From positions 1,984,001 through 2,048,000 of the forward strand of contig CAWJLW010000006.1 in the NCBI GenBank assembly GCA_963843795.1: a stretch of 64,000 nt of DNA, in the 5' to 3' direction. The DNA is from an uncultured bacterium. GTDB lineage: Bacteria > Armatimonadota > Abditibacteriia > Abditibacteriales > Abditibacteriaceae. Shown one piece after another: positions 27,967 through 39,200 of the stretch. The first letter of the stretch is position 1. Each line of letters opens with the position of its first letter. The notes below the pieces were generated by a model. That model had not been told where the DNA came from. It saw only the letters and a program-made list of their open reading frames with translations, and ran no database searches. The position numbers and the translations under genes were made by a program.

Positions 27967-30769
27967 TTATCGCGAAACATCGACTTCGATTGTGGTGCGG
28001 TTGTGCGCCAGATCGGTGAGAATGTAGGTCACTTTTTCGGGCGCAGATTCGCCGCCAGGAACCGTAGCCAAAGCAAAGAAGCGATGTTCTCCGTTGGGCG
28101 AAAGTTTGAGTTCAATTTTTTCGCCCCATGGCAACAAAGCGAACACGCGTGCCGTGCCGCGATCACCGCTTATTTCCAAACGCAACGTCGCGGAATCGGC
28201 ACTTTTCAACTCGCTCAAACGCGCCGCGCCTTCGCCAGTTGGCGCCGTCATATCGACGTTATATCGCACCGAATTTTCGCGCCGCGCGCCATCTTTTTCG
28301 ACTACGATGACGCGAATTTCATACGCGCCCTCGGTTGCGTAACTGGGAATATCGAAGCGCGCCTCCCAGCGTTTGGCGTCATCGTTCCACTGCAAACGCT
28401 TGATTTGTCCGTCCGGCATAACCGCGACGACTTGCAGCGCATCGCGCGGCGCATCAATGGCAATCAACGGGTCGCCCAGACGCAGATGATAGCGCGTGGC
28501 ATAAGACAATTTGGCCGCTTTTTCCCGGCGCAATTTCTCCAGTTGCGCACGTTGTCCGAAGTCGGGTTGAGCGCGCATTTGTGCATCGAGATTATCGACA
28601 TCAGTGCGCAAATCGACAATTTTGGGTAGTTGCAGCGGATTGCGCGTTTTGTCGATAGTCGCCAAATTCGGCGTTGACCAATCGCCACTCGCGCCTTTAT
28701 AAAGCGGATCAGCGTAAATTTTGGTCACGCGATTTTCCAGTTCGCGCAAAATTTTGGCATCTGGATTCTTGCTAAGCAGTTGAGAATCGTAGGCTTGTTT
28801 GGTTTCTTGCATCAGCGCAAACAGCGAATACTCTTCATAACCACCGCGATTAAGGGTGGAAGATGGCACTAATTTCGTCACACGCTCGATGCTGGCTTGC
28901 AGATTTGTCAAGCGCGTCTCATCAGCGTCCACATATTTGGCTTTGGCTAATTGCGTAATAAGCACGCGCAGTTGATTTTCGGCCCAATTTGAGCGCGAAG
29001 CATTCATTAGCGATTGTGCTTGATCGCGTCCGACCAAATTGCGCAATTGTTTCGCTGCCTGCGCGGTAGATGGGGAATCGCGCTTTTCATACAAATTGCG
29101 CACGTATTCGTTCGCCAGATTGTAGGCTTTGTTCGCTTCTTGGTTACTGTAAATCGAATCCCAACTACGATTGTAACGGGAACTTTTCGCGCTGCGCTCC
29201 AAAGCCGAGCGCAGTTGCATGGCGCGACGACTGCCACCGCGTCCGGCCATTTTTTCTTCTACCAACTGTTCGCTCAAAGCTTGCATACGCGCATCCAAAC
29301 GCTGGTCGCGCAAGCGGGCTTGAGATTCAGCACGCTCGGCGGCGTCGAGCAGCATTTGCGTGCGCGCGATTTGCCGGTTCAATTGTGCGACTTTGCGCGC
29401 ATTGGGTTTGGTTTTGGCTTTTTCATCGGCCTGCTGCTGCACGAGTTCCTGCAAAACGTTGTAGACGTAATTGTTCAACGAAACCCGATAGCTCGACTGT
29501 TTGTTCAAAGCCTCGAACTGTGCTTTGAATTGCTTGGCCGCACGACTGTTTCTGCCATTTTTTGCCGATTCCAGAACGTAACGACGGCCCGCAATTTCCA
29601 AATCGGCCTGCAATTTTTCCTCCTTGAAACGCTCCAGTTCGGCTTGAGGAATCGCCAACCACGAACTCCATTTCGAAGGCAACGTGAACTGCGTCGATAA
29701 TTTCAAAACCGCCGCGCGATTTTTCTCGCTGGCGCTCAAAGTTTCGATGCGCCGCGCGGCCCACAAACGCGTTGCCAGATTATTGTTTTCGGCTTGCGCG
29801 CCGAACTTGACATACGAGACGCCCAAACCGGCAATTTCAATGGCGCCTGTGCCGCTGCCTTTGTAGCGCCCACAAATCACCGCGACCTGTCCGGCTTTGA
29901 GCGCGGGCAAAATTGCAGGCGCGAGATCGTAAGTCGTGAGGCCGCGAATTTTCACTCGCGGCTTTTGCACATTTCGATTCGCTGTCAAAGCCAAGGCGAA
30001 AAATCCATCCGCTCCGCTCGAAGGCGCGGCGAAAATTTGCGCGCGCAAAGCCGGCGGCGGCGTGGTCGCAACGCGCTGTTCCAAATTCAGCACAAAATCT
30101 GCGGTCGGCTGAAAATTTTGCTGCTTCAATTTCATCGACAAACGACCATTATTGCGCGCAATCGGCTGCTGATAATTGTTCGATGCACGAGTAATTCCAA
30201 CATCCGAAGCAACGGCAATTTGCAAATCTAGATTATCCAGAACGCCTTTGCCCTTAACTTCGGGCGCGAGTGGAAAACGATACTGCAAGCCGGTTGGCGT
30301 GGAAGCAAGTACTTGCACCCAGCGCATTTCGACGCGCAAATCGGCATTGGGCATGACAGGAAAAATACGCGCGCGAAACGTGTTTTTGCCGATCATTTCA
30401 ACTAAAGCCGGATCGCGCATACGAGACGTAATATGTTGGTAAATTGCAGCAGCGCGCTCTTTTTCCACGATGCGCGCCACAACTTTTTCTTCACCATACC
30501 AGTAAGCGAAATAGGTCACGACCGCGCCAACAGGTACCGTCATCAGGAAATCGGCTTCAATGCGTCGCGAACTTTCGTTGGCAAAGGTCATCGTGTTCGT
30601 GGTTTCCCCAAATTGACCGCGAATTTGCACTTTGGCCGCCACACTTTTGACGCGCAATTCCACACCGTCGCCGCCTTTGGGCTTCAACACGACACTCGCC
30701 TGAGTCACCCAAGAAGTCGCAGAGTACTTGCCACAAGAGCAAAGCCCAACACCATCTTTTTTCTCGCAT
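27967..30769 (-). CDS. Secreted VIT-domain protein with a long helical insert; apparent frameshift in the signal-peptide region
   Basis: VIT signature (A..IY..I....RDPALVE.....F.ARIFPV.P). The true start is likely ATG 30769 (GAGGTG RBS), which requires removing G30722. Confidence 0.75.
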
Positions 30770-30849
30770 GCCTTCACCTCGAAATAAGAAATTTATATTA
30801 TCTTAATTCTGATTTTGCATTCTGTCAAGCGTGCAGAGAAAAGAATGCC

Positions 30850-30885
30850 AAAAATGCCCGCGCAGGTACTTGCGCGGGCATTTTT
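30850..30885. terminator. Terminator on a motif variant
   Basis: AAAAATGCCCGCGCAGGTACTTGCGCGGGCATTTTT downstream of the FKBP stop. Confidence 0.8.
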
Positions 30886-30909
30886 TTATTTTTGGTTTTT
30901 GGCTGAGAT

Positions 30910-31974
30910 TTATTTAACGCCGAGCAGTTCGACATCGAACATGAGTGTGGCATTGGGGGGGATGACGCCGCCAGCGCCGCGCGCGCCGTAGCCCAAATTC
31001 GGCGGAATGGTCAAGCGACGTTTGCCGCCGACTTTCATTCCAGCGACGCCCTGATCCCAGCCTTTGATGACTTGGCCCGCGCCCAATTTAAAGGTGAAGG
31101 GTTCGTTTCGGTCGGTCGAGGCGTCGAATTTGGTGCCGTCGGTGAGGGTTCCGACGTAATGCACGGTCACGTTCTGTCCGGCTTTGGCTTCGGCTCCGTC
31201 GCCGACTTTCAAATCTTCAATTTTCAATTCGTCCATGTTGGCTCCATTATTTTTGGCGGGTATGGCAGCAGTCGCTGCGTTGGCCGCACCTGTCAGTTCG
31301 GGTTTTTCGGATCCGGTCGAGGAATAAGCGTCGACCGTCACTTGCTGCGTCGGTGCAATTTTCAGTTTGGCCATGTCGGGCAAATCGATACCGAAATCTT
31401 TCAGCACCAGAGGAAACTGCGCGCGAATACGCATTAAGTCGCCGGGCAGGCGCGATTTGGTGGCTTCGCTTTGACCGATAGTTTCGATCATCAACTTGGC
31501 GCGCACTGGTTTGGTCACGCCGTGAACGGTAAGATTGCCTTCAACTTCGCCATCCATTTTCTTGCCCTGCACCAGCGCCACGCGCCCTTTGGGCGTGATG
31601 ACGCGAGTGAGAACGAAAGTGGCGGTCGGATATTTGGCGGTGTCAAGCCAGGCTGGCGAACGCATCTGCTCGTTGCGCGCTTCGATACCGGTATCGAGCG
31701 AAGCCATATCAATTTGAAAGCTGGCGCGCGGATTATTCAGCACGTTGGTTGTATCAATCGCGATGTTGGCCTTGATGTTGGATGTGCGCGTCAGCATGGT
31801 TTCCAATTGCGCATCGGACATAATCGAAACTACATTACGACCAACCGGATCGTTGACGTAATACATCCGCATCGCGTCCTGTGCCTCGACCGCGCCCAGC
31901 AACAGCGCGCCGCTGCCTAGCACGCTCAAAGCGCCGCGCACGGCAAATGTGGCGGTGCGATTCATTGTTTTCAT
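30910..31974 (-). CDS. YceI-family domain in frame with an FKBP-type peptidyl-prolyl isomerase
   Basis: YceI motifs SLDTG...RNEQMRS..WLD..KYP and [14 protein letters not shown] motifs VHYVGTL.DG.KFD and VIKGWDQG...IPP.LGYG. Confidence 0.85.
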   Translation of the reverse strand: MKTMNRTATFAVRGALSVLGSGALLLGAVEAQDAMRMYYVNDPVGRNVVSIMSDAQLETMLTRTSNIKANIAIDTTNVLNNPRASFQIDMASLDTGIEARNEQMRSPAWLDTAKYPTATFVLTRVITPKGRVALVQGKKMDGEVEGNLTVHGVTKPVRAKLMIETIGQSEATKSRLPGDLMRIRAQFPLVLKDFGIDLPDMAKLKIAPTQQVTVDAYSSTGSEKPELTGAANAATAAIPAKNNGANMDELKIEDLKVGDGAEAKAGQNVTVHYVGTLTDGTKFDASTDRNEPFTFKLGAGQVIKGWDQGVAGMKVGGKRRLTIPPNLGYGARGAGGVIPPNATLMFDVELLGVK

Positions 31975-32107
31975 TTTTACTCCTGTGAGCGGCGCATATT
32001 GCCAGAAGACCATGGCAAGTACTTGCGGGCCGCAAAATACTCAATCTATTTTAACTGATGCGTGCAACACAAATAAAAGCGCCGCAAGTACTTGCGGCGC
32101 ATCAAAT

Positions 32108-33685
32108 TCATGCCGCAGATATTTTGGCCAGCACATCATGGTGATGGGTCACGCGGTTTCGGCCACTTTCTTTGGATTGGTACAAAGCTTCGTCGGCACT
32201 TTTCAACAGTTCGGCAGCGGCTTTCGTGTTTGGTTGCAACGTGGCAACTCCAAAACTCGAGGTGATGGCGCGCACTTTCCAGCCGTGATTTTCGATGGCG
32301 GCGCGTAGCCGTTCGGCCAAAATTAGCGCGCCTTGAGCATCGGTGCTGGGCAGCAGCAAAGCGAATTCTTCACCGCCATAGCGCGCGGCGAAGTCGATGT
32401 TGCGCACGCCTTCGCCCAGAATTTTGCCCACGGATTTCAAAACTTCGTCGCCCGCGGGATGGCCGAAAGTGTCGTTGAACGATTTGAATTTATCCACATC
32501 CAACAGAATGAGCGAAAGCGGCGTTTTATAACGAAGGGCGCGCTGATATTCCGCCGTCAATTGTTCATCCAAAGCGCGACGATTTTTCAGGCCAGTTAAA
32601 CCGTCTTGAGTTGCCAATCGCTCCAACTCATCGGCGGCGCGCAGCAGTTCGATTTGCTGCTGTTCCAATTGTTCTCGCGCCTGGCGACGTTCCAATTCTC
32701 CGCCCAGCCAGCCCACCATCAGCATCAAAAATTGACTGTCGTCTTCCTCGAAAGCAGGACGCGCTTCGGCATCAGAAAACGTCAGTGTCGCCCAGATGTT
32801 GTCTCCCACAATAATCGGTGCGCTCAAAATGGTTTCCGGCGCAGCCAATAGTTTGATGGCGCGCGAATTTTCAAACGCGCCATGCACCAAACCGCGAGGT
32901 CCACGCGGACGCACCAGTTCGCGCTCGATTTGCGCGATAGATAAATCGTAAGTTTGGCCGCGCCGGATGCGCTGATCCGCCGACCGCACATCCAAAATGC
33001 GCAATTGGTTATCGACCGTCTGCCCGACAAACGCCGTCTCGACATTGAAGCGCCTTCGCCCCAGTTCAAGCAGCGCCCCAATGCGCGATTCCAAAGCGCC
33101 GCTTCCGGCCACGACCGCACCCAATTCGCCCAGAGCCTGTCGCGTGAGCAAAGCTTCTTGCTGGGCCCCGAGCAGCGGCGAAATATCTTCGACCAAGCAG
33201 CTCATCTGCTGGCCGTGCGGACGCAAATGCCAGCGCCCAGAAAACGATGAGCCATCAGCACGAAAAAATTGTCGTTCTTCGCTGCGCGCTCGAGCCTGAT
33301 CTTGCGCGATCTGCTTCAGCAAATGCGCGATGTCGTCGCGATCGTCAGGCGGCAAAAGTTGCGTCAAAACGATGTTCTCAGAATGCAGCGCAAACAAAGT
33401 CCGAAACTCGGCGTTGCTGTTGACAATTCGGCCCTGAGCATCAAATTCGCCCAGCGCAATCGGCCAATCGACACTCAGCGAAGCGGGCGATGGCGCCGTA
33501 TCGGCATCGGCGATGGTGCGCGGAGAGCGCAGCGCAAGGGGCAACAGCAATAAATGTAAACTGGCGACAATTCCCAGAACAAAAGCAGGCGCAACGGGCC
33601 AATTCGTATCGGGCGCGCGCCATAAAAAAACCGCTATCAAAGCCGCGAAATCAAGCGCGCATAAAACGCCCACAACAATTTTCAT
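32108..33685 (-). CDS. Membrane-anchored PAS/GAF diguanylate cyclase
   Basis: Two TM helices, PAS-like and GAF-like segments, D.LTGLKNR and RYGGEEF. Likely start is 33685. Confidence 0.92.
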   Translation of the reverse strand: MKIVVGVLCALDFAALIAVFLWRAPDTNWPVAPAFVLGIVASLHLLLLPLALRSPRTIADADTAPSPASLSVDWPIALGEFDAQGRIVNSNAEFRTLFALHSENIVLTQLLPPDDRDDIAHLLKQIAQDQARARSEERQFFRADGSSFSGRWHLRPHGQQMSCLVEDISPLLGAQQEALLTRQALGELGAVVAGSGALESRIGALLELGRRRFNVETAFVGQTVDNQLRILDVRSADQRIRRGQTYDLSIAQIERELVRPRGPRGLVHGAFENSRAIKLLAAPETILSAPIIVGDNIWATLTFSDAEARPAFEEDDSQFLMLMVGWLGGELERRQAREQLEQQQIELLRAADELERLATQDGLTGLKNRRALDEQLTAEYQRALRYKTPLSLILLDVDKFKSFNDTFGHPAGDEVLKSVGKILGEGVRNIDFAARYGGEEFALLLPSTDAQGALILAERLRAAIENHGWKVRAITSSFGVATLQPNTKAAAELLKSADEALYQSKESGRNRVTHHHDVLAKISAA

Positions 33686-33919
33686 AGCCTTATTGTTCCA
33701 TATCACGACAAAGCCAGCAGGCTGCAAGTTACTTGCAGCGCAGAAGTCTTTAGCAGCTTCATTGCAACACTTATTTTCTACACGCAACATCACGACGTTT
33801 CAAGATGCGTTGGCAACCTGTTTACAACTTGTCTTGACGTGGGTAATATACATTTGCATTATCGTGTTCGGCTGGCGCAAACCACGCACAGCCAAACATT
33901 CATCATTCGAGGAGACAAA

Positions 33920-35251
33920 ATGCGTGTTTTTCGTTTTGGTTTTTTACTGGTTCCGCTGTTAGCTTTTTCGCCGCTGGCACGCGCCGATTTTCAGACAGAT
34001 TTGAAAGCGCCATTGGCGCTTTTAGATCAAAACAAATTTGTGCCCGCCGTTCAATCGCTCCAAGCAATGACCGCACGCTATCCCGACGAATTTTTGTTGT
34101 ATTATCTGCTCGGCGCAGCACAGTTGAACTTACTTGACAAGGAAGCCGACAACGCTACAAACATCAAAATCGCGCAAGAATCGCGGGCTTCGCTTTTGCG
34201 CGCTCAAAAATTGGCGGGCACGAACACGGAAAACCGCGATCTTGTCACCGAACCAATCAAAGCCGCCGAAGACCTGTTGCGCGCTTTGAATGCACCACTT
34301 GATGTACCAGCAGCCACCGATAAAGACGCCGAAATCGCTGCGCTCAAGGCGAAATTGGCTGCACTCGAAGCATCGAAAAAAACTCCTGCGCCAGCCCAAG
34401 CACCAGCGAAAATCGGTGTAAACGCCGTCAAACCGGTCGGCAATCTTCAATTGCCCAAACTCGCGCCGCGCGCGGGTTACATCATCGGTCGTTGCATCGA
34501 TATGCGCGGCAAACCCTTGGCAGGCGTCGGTGTTCGCGTTTTCGGCACCACGCAGAAAGGCGGGGAAACCACCAGTTTCGAAACCAAAACCGATGCAACG
34601 GGCAAGTATGCCGTGAAGTTGCCCGCTGGCAATTTTCATGTGGGTTGGGCGCATTATTTCACCGACGCGCCCAGCGGCCCGCCCTACGCGCTGCCACTGC
34701 ATCCTCTTGATGGCAGCAACGATGATCAGAACAGCACACCCGGCATTGTTGAAGATTTGGTTTTGAAAATCAATGGGCGCATTTCGCCCAAAAACGATCC
34801 TGACAGCGATTTGTCCTATTACGGCGGTTTCATCACGGTTGAAGGCGGCACACTGGAAAACGGCAATTTTCTCGACGGCTACAACTACAAATTCCCCGCA
34901 GGCTCCTCTGTCGAACTGACGCTGACGCCATCTGGCAAATTGGCCGACGGCTCGACCGGCCAAATCTTGACATTGCGCCGTCCCATCGAGCGCGGGTATC
35001 TCGCAGAATTTCGCGATGTGCCGCTCGGTGCTTACAGCCTAACGGCGCGCCTAGTCTCTGCTGATGGAACGATCAGACTGCTGCGTATCGCCGCCGCCAA
35101 ATTTTTCTCCGGCACCAGCCCGACCGCGCGCCCTGTCGAATTGGCCGATTTCGGTGATAAAGCCAGCATCTATTTCCCCTCGCGGGGCGATTCCATTCCT
35201 CTTTTACGTTATGGAGGCGCAGCCAAAGCGGTGCTTTATGTAAAACCATAA
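33920..35251 (+). CDS. Secreted protein with a TPR-like helix and a carboxypeptidase-regulatory-like domain
   Basis: Signal peptide, G..ID.RGKPLAGV.V...TDATGKY pattern, GAGGAG RBS. Confidence 0.7.
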   Translation: MRVFRFGFLLVPLLAFSPLARADFQTDLKAPLALLDQNKFVPAVQSLQAMTARYPDEFLLYYLLGAAQLNLLDKEADNATNIKIAQESRASLLRAQKLAGTNTENRDLVTEPIKAAEDLLRALNAPLDVPAATDKDAEIAALKAKLAALEASKKTPAPAQAPAKIGVNAVKPVGNLQLPKLAPRAGYIIGRCIDMRGKPLAGVGVRVFGTTQKGGETTSFETKTDATGKYAVKLPAGNFHVGWAHYFTDAPSGPPYALPLHPLDGSNDDQNSTPGIVEDLVLKINGRISPKNDPDSDLSYYGGFITVEGGTLENGNFLDGYNYKFPAGSSVELTLTPSGKLADGSTGQILTLRRPIERGYLAEFRDVPLGAYSLTARLVSADGTIRLLRIAAAKFFSGTSPTARPVELADFGDKASIYFPSRGDSIPLLRYGGAAKAVLYVKP

Positions 35252-35273
35252 TTCCATTTTGTTCCTTGCATCA

Positions 35274-35320
35274 ACGAAAACGCCCGCAAGTCTAGGTCGA
35301 GTACTTGCGGGCGTTTTCGT
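35274..35320. terminator. Hairpin with an 11-bp insert at the motif centre
   Basis: ACGAAAACGCCCGCAAGT-ctaggtcgagt-ACTTGCGGGCGTTTTCGT. Confidence 0.8.
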
Positions 35321-35382
35321 CGTTTCGCTAACGCGTGCTCGCGCGACGCGCTGCAAGTACTTGCACAGCGTATAATGCGTTC

Positions 35383-36189
35383 ATGTTTTTACAATCGCTG
35401 CGCCTTCAACTTTCCTGCGGCTGGCCGTGGACAATTCCGGCTTTGAGCGCTTTGAATGAGCTTCATTTCAATGCGCCGGTTACGATTTTTTGTGGCGAAA
35501 ACGGCACCGGCAAATCGACTTTGCTGGAAGCCATCGCGCGCAAGAGCGGTCGCATCGCGCTGGGCCGCGCCGATGCCGCACACGACCAAACTCTTTCCCA
35601 TCTCGACCCACTCTGCGATCATTTGCATTTGCGCTGGCGCACACAAAGCGCGCGCGGTTTTTTCCTGCGCGCTGAAGACGTGTTCGCTTATACGCAACGC
35701 TTGCAAGTCCTTGCTGCCGACTTACAAGCCCAAGCCGATATTTATAGCGAGGAACTGGAAAATTACGACAATGAAAACCAGCCGCGCGACGAAGCCATCA
35801 AGCGCGCACGCGGCTCGCTTTTGGGTCAAAAACGCGAACTCACGCACCGCTACGGCGAAAACCCTGACGCGCGCTCACACGGCGAAACATTTCTGCACTT
35901 ATTCCAAGAACGCTTATCGCCACGCGGCTTGTATCTTTTAGATGAACCCGAAGCCGCACTTTCGCCATTACGCCAGCTAGCATTGTTAGGTTTATTGAAA
36001 AGCGCGATAAACGACGGCAGTCAGTTCATTATCGCTACACACTCACCATTCCTGATGGCATTTCCTGAGGCGCAATTATTGGATTTCAATCAATTACCAC
36101 CCGCACCGATTGATTACGATGAAGTCGAAAGCATCAAATTGTGGCGTGCATTTCTGCGCGACCCCGCAGCGTTTACGCATCGATTGTAA
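35383..36189 (+). CDS. Stand-alone ABC/AAA-type ATPase
   Basis: GENGTGKST Walker A, SHGE signature, LDEPEAALSP and IIATHSP. Confidence 0.88.
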   Translation: MFLQSLRLQLSCGWPWTIPALSALNELHFNAPVTIFCGENGTGKSTLLEAIARKSGRIALGRADAAHDQTLSHLDPLCDHLHLRWRTQSARGFFLRAEDVFAYTQRLQVLAADLQAQADIYSEELENYDNENQPRDEAIKRARGSLLGQKRELTHRYGENPDARSHGETFLHLFQERLSPRGLYLLDEPEAALSPLRQLALLGLLKSAINDGSQFIIATHSPFLMAFPEAQLLDFNQLPPAPIDYDEVESIKLWRAFLRDPAAFTHRL

Positions 36190-36194
36190 AATGA

Positions 36195-36228
36195 AAAAGC
36201 GCGCTGCAAGTACTTGCAGCGCGCTTTT
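36195..36228. terminator. Bidirectional terminator; 34-bp perfect palindrome on the motif
   Basis: AAAAGCGCGCTGCAAGTACTTGCAGCGCGCTTTT between convergent genes. Confidence 0.85.
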
Positions 36229-36242
36229 CTCGCCTGATTTCA

Positions 36243-39200
36243 TCAGTGCAAACGTACCAACAAATCTTTGCTATCGACGGTATCACCGACGGCAACGGTG
36301 ATTTCATCGACCACACCATCTTCGGGTGCGTTGATTGTGGTGTACATTTTCATTGCTTCGAGCGTCACCAATTTATCACCTTTGCTCACTTTGCCACCGA
36401 CCGAGCAACCGATGCTTGTCACCATGCCGGGAATGGGCGCGCCGATTTGCTTATTGTCGCCCGCTTCGGCTTTGGGCCGCGTTACGACCTGTATCGCCAA
36501 GTTTTTATCAACAATCGAGGCGCTGCGCGCCATGCCGTTGAGTTCAAAGTTCACTGAACGCCGTCCGTCTTTATCGGGCGCGCCAACCGAGATTAGCTTG
36601 ATTATCAAGGTTTTTCCGGCTTCGATTTCGACAGCGATTTCTTCGTCTAACTGCAAACCGTAGAAATAAGCGGGCGTTGGCAAAACGGAAACATCGCCGA
36701 ACTGCTCGACAAACTTGGCAAATTCGGCCTGCACTTGCGGATACATCAAGGCATCGTATAAATCGTCGTCTGTGGCCGCGCGATCCAGTTGATCTTCCAA
36801 CACTTCCGAAAGCTTTGCGCGCTCGCCATCCAAATCTAAAGGCGGCAAATCTTCGCCGGGACGTTTATCGGAAGCGGGTTTATCGCCTAAAACCACCCGC
36901 TGCAATTGTTCGGGCCAGCCGCCCAGCGGTTGACCCAGACCGCCCGAGAGCATATCAATCACCGATTCGGGAAACGGCGTCGTGCCCGGCTCCAAATTCA
37001 GAATATCTTGCGGCTTGATGCCGCGCGTGATGCAGAACATCGCTAAATCGCCGACGACTTTGGAACTTGGCGTTACCTTCACGATGTCGCCGAACAAATC
37101 GTTCACTTCCGCATAGGTGCGCGCGATTTCCGGCCAACGCGAACTCAATCCCATGCCAGCGGCTTGCTCTTTTAAATTGGTATATTGACCGCCCGGCATT
37201 TCGTGCAAGTAGACTTCGGCGGTGCCACTGCGCGGCGCGGTATCGAAGGGCGCGTAAAACGCCGAGACTCCCTCGAAATAATCGCTGATTTCGTTCAGCG
37301 CGTCCAAATCCAAACCGGTATCGCGCTCGGTGTGTTCTAAAGCCGCGACGACCGAATTTAAGTTTGGCTGTGCCGTCGAACCCGACCACGCGGCCAAAGC
37401 CAAATCGACAATATCGACGCCCGCTTCGCTGGCTTTCAAGACGCTGGCCGCATTGATGCCGCTGGTGTCATGCGTGTGAAAATGAATAGGCAAACCGATT
37501 TCATCGCGCAACGCGGCTACCAAACGCTGCGCTGCATACGGACGGCACAAGCCGGCCATATCTTTAATCGCCAGAACATGCGCCCCCATGCTTTCCAGTT
37601 CTTTAGCCAAATCAACGTAATAGCGCAGCGTGTATTTATCGCGCGTGGGGTCGAGAATATCACCGGTGTAGCAAATCGCGGCTTCGCAAACCGCGTGCGT
37701 GTTCTGCACCGCTTCCATCGCCACACGCAAATTCGGCACATAGTTCAAGCTGTCGAAAATACGGAAAATGTCGATGCCCGATTCCGCTGCATGGGTGACA
37801 AATCCAGCGACGACGTTATCCGGATAATTCGAATATCCGACAGCGTTGCTACCGCGAAACAGCATTTGAAAGCAGATATTGGGAATTTTTTCGCGCAGAT
37901 GGCGCAAACGCTCCCAAGGGTCTTCGCGCAGAAAACGCATCGAAGTATCGAAAGTCGCGCCACCCCACATTTCCAATGAATACAATTGCGGTGCGCGCCG
38001 CGCAATCGCGTCCGCCGCGCGCAACATATCGTAAGTGCGCACGCGCGTGGCGAAAAGCGATTGATGCGCATCGCGCAAGGTCGTATCCGTGACTAACAAT
38101 TGCTTTTGCTCGCGCGTCCAATGAGCAAAGTTACGCGCGCCCAGTTCAAGCAACTTTTGGCGCGTGCCAGAAGGTGCAAGTACTTGCGGGTCGTAAGAAG
38201 GCGCTTTCACGGTCGCAAAGGTAGATGCGGGCTGAAAACCTTTGGAGTTGGGGTTGCCATTGACAATGGTTTCGCCCAGGAAATTGAGCAATTTGGTAGC
38301 GCGGTCGCGGCGCGGCGAGAAATCGAAAAGCGAAGGCGTGCTATCAATCAGCGTGGTTGTGGCCTGACCGCTGCGAAAAGTCGGATCGGCGACAACGTTT
38401 TCCAGAAACGGAATATTGGTCTTAACACCGCGCACGCGAAACTCGCGCAAACCGCGATCTAACCTGTCCAACGCTTGCTCGAAAGTGCGCGCGCTGGCAG
38501 TTAGTTTCACCAAAAGCGAATCGTAAAATGGCGTTATCACTGTGCCGACGCCCGCCATGCCGCCATCCAGACGAATGCCGAAACCAGCGGCCGAACGATA
38601 GGCGACGATTTTTCCATAATCGGGCGTAAAATTGTTCTCCGGGTCTTCGGTCGTGATGCGCGCCTGCACCGCGTAGCCGTTACGCGGAATCGCGTCTTGC
38701 GCGGGAATGCCAATTTCATCGCCGTGCAAAAGCAAACCTTGCGCGATTAAGATTTGCGAGCGCACAAGGTCAATGCCAGTAATCTGTTCGGTCACGGTGT
38801 GCTCGACTTGAATGCGCGGATTCATTTCGATGAAGAACCATTCGTCGGCGTCAATATCAAGCAAGAATTCCACCGTGCCCGCATTATCGTAGCCAATTTC
38901 GCGCGCCAGACGCGCTGCGGCGTCGCATAATTCATGGCGCACTTGCTCATTCAAATTTATGCTGGGCGCGATTTCAATGACTTTCTGATGGCGGCGCTGC
39001 ACGCTGCAATCGCGTTCGTGCAAATGCACCGCTTCGCCGTGTTGATCGCCTAAAATCTGCACTTCGATGTGCTTGGCGCGCGCGATATATTTCTCCAAAA
39101 ACACGCTGCTATCGCCAAAAGCGCGACCAGCTTCGCCTTGCGCTTCGTCCAAAAGCGCATCCAAATCTTCTTCGCGATGCACCACGCGCATTCCGCGCCC

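Noticed and set aside
27888..27980. N-terminal ORF extensions containing QVLA, ASTC or CKYL (also ORFs starting at 4122, 5730, 9103, 17551, 35335, 46358 and 50096)
   Set aside because: These are upstream intergenic motif copies read through by the longest-ORF caller. Better starts with an RBS or homology pattern lie downstream, so they were not counted as coding copies.
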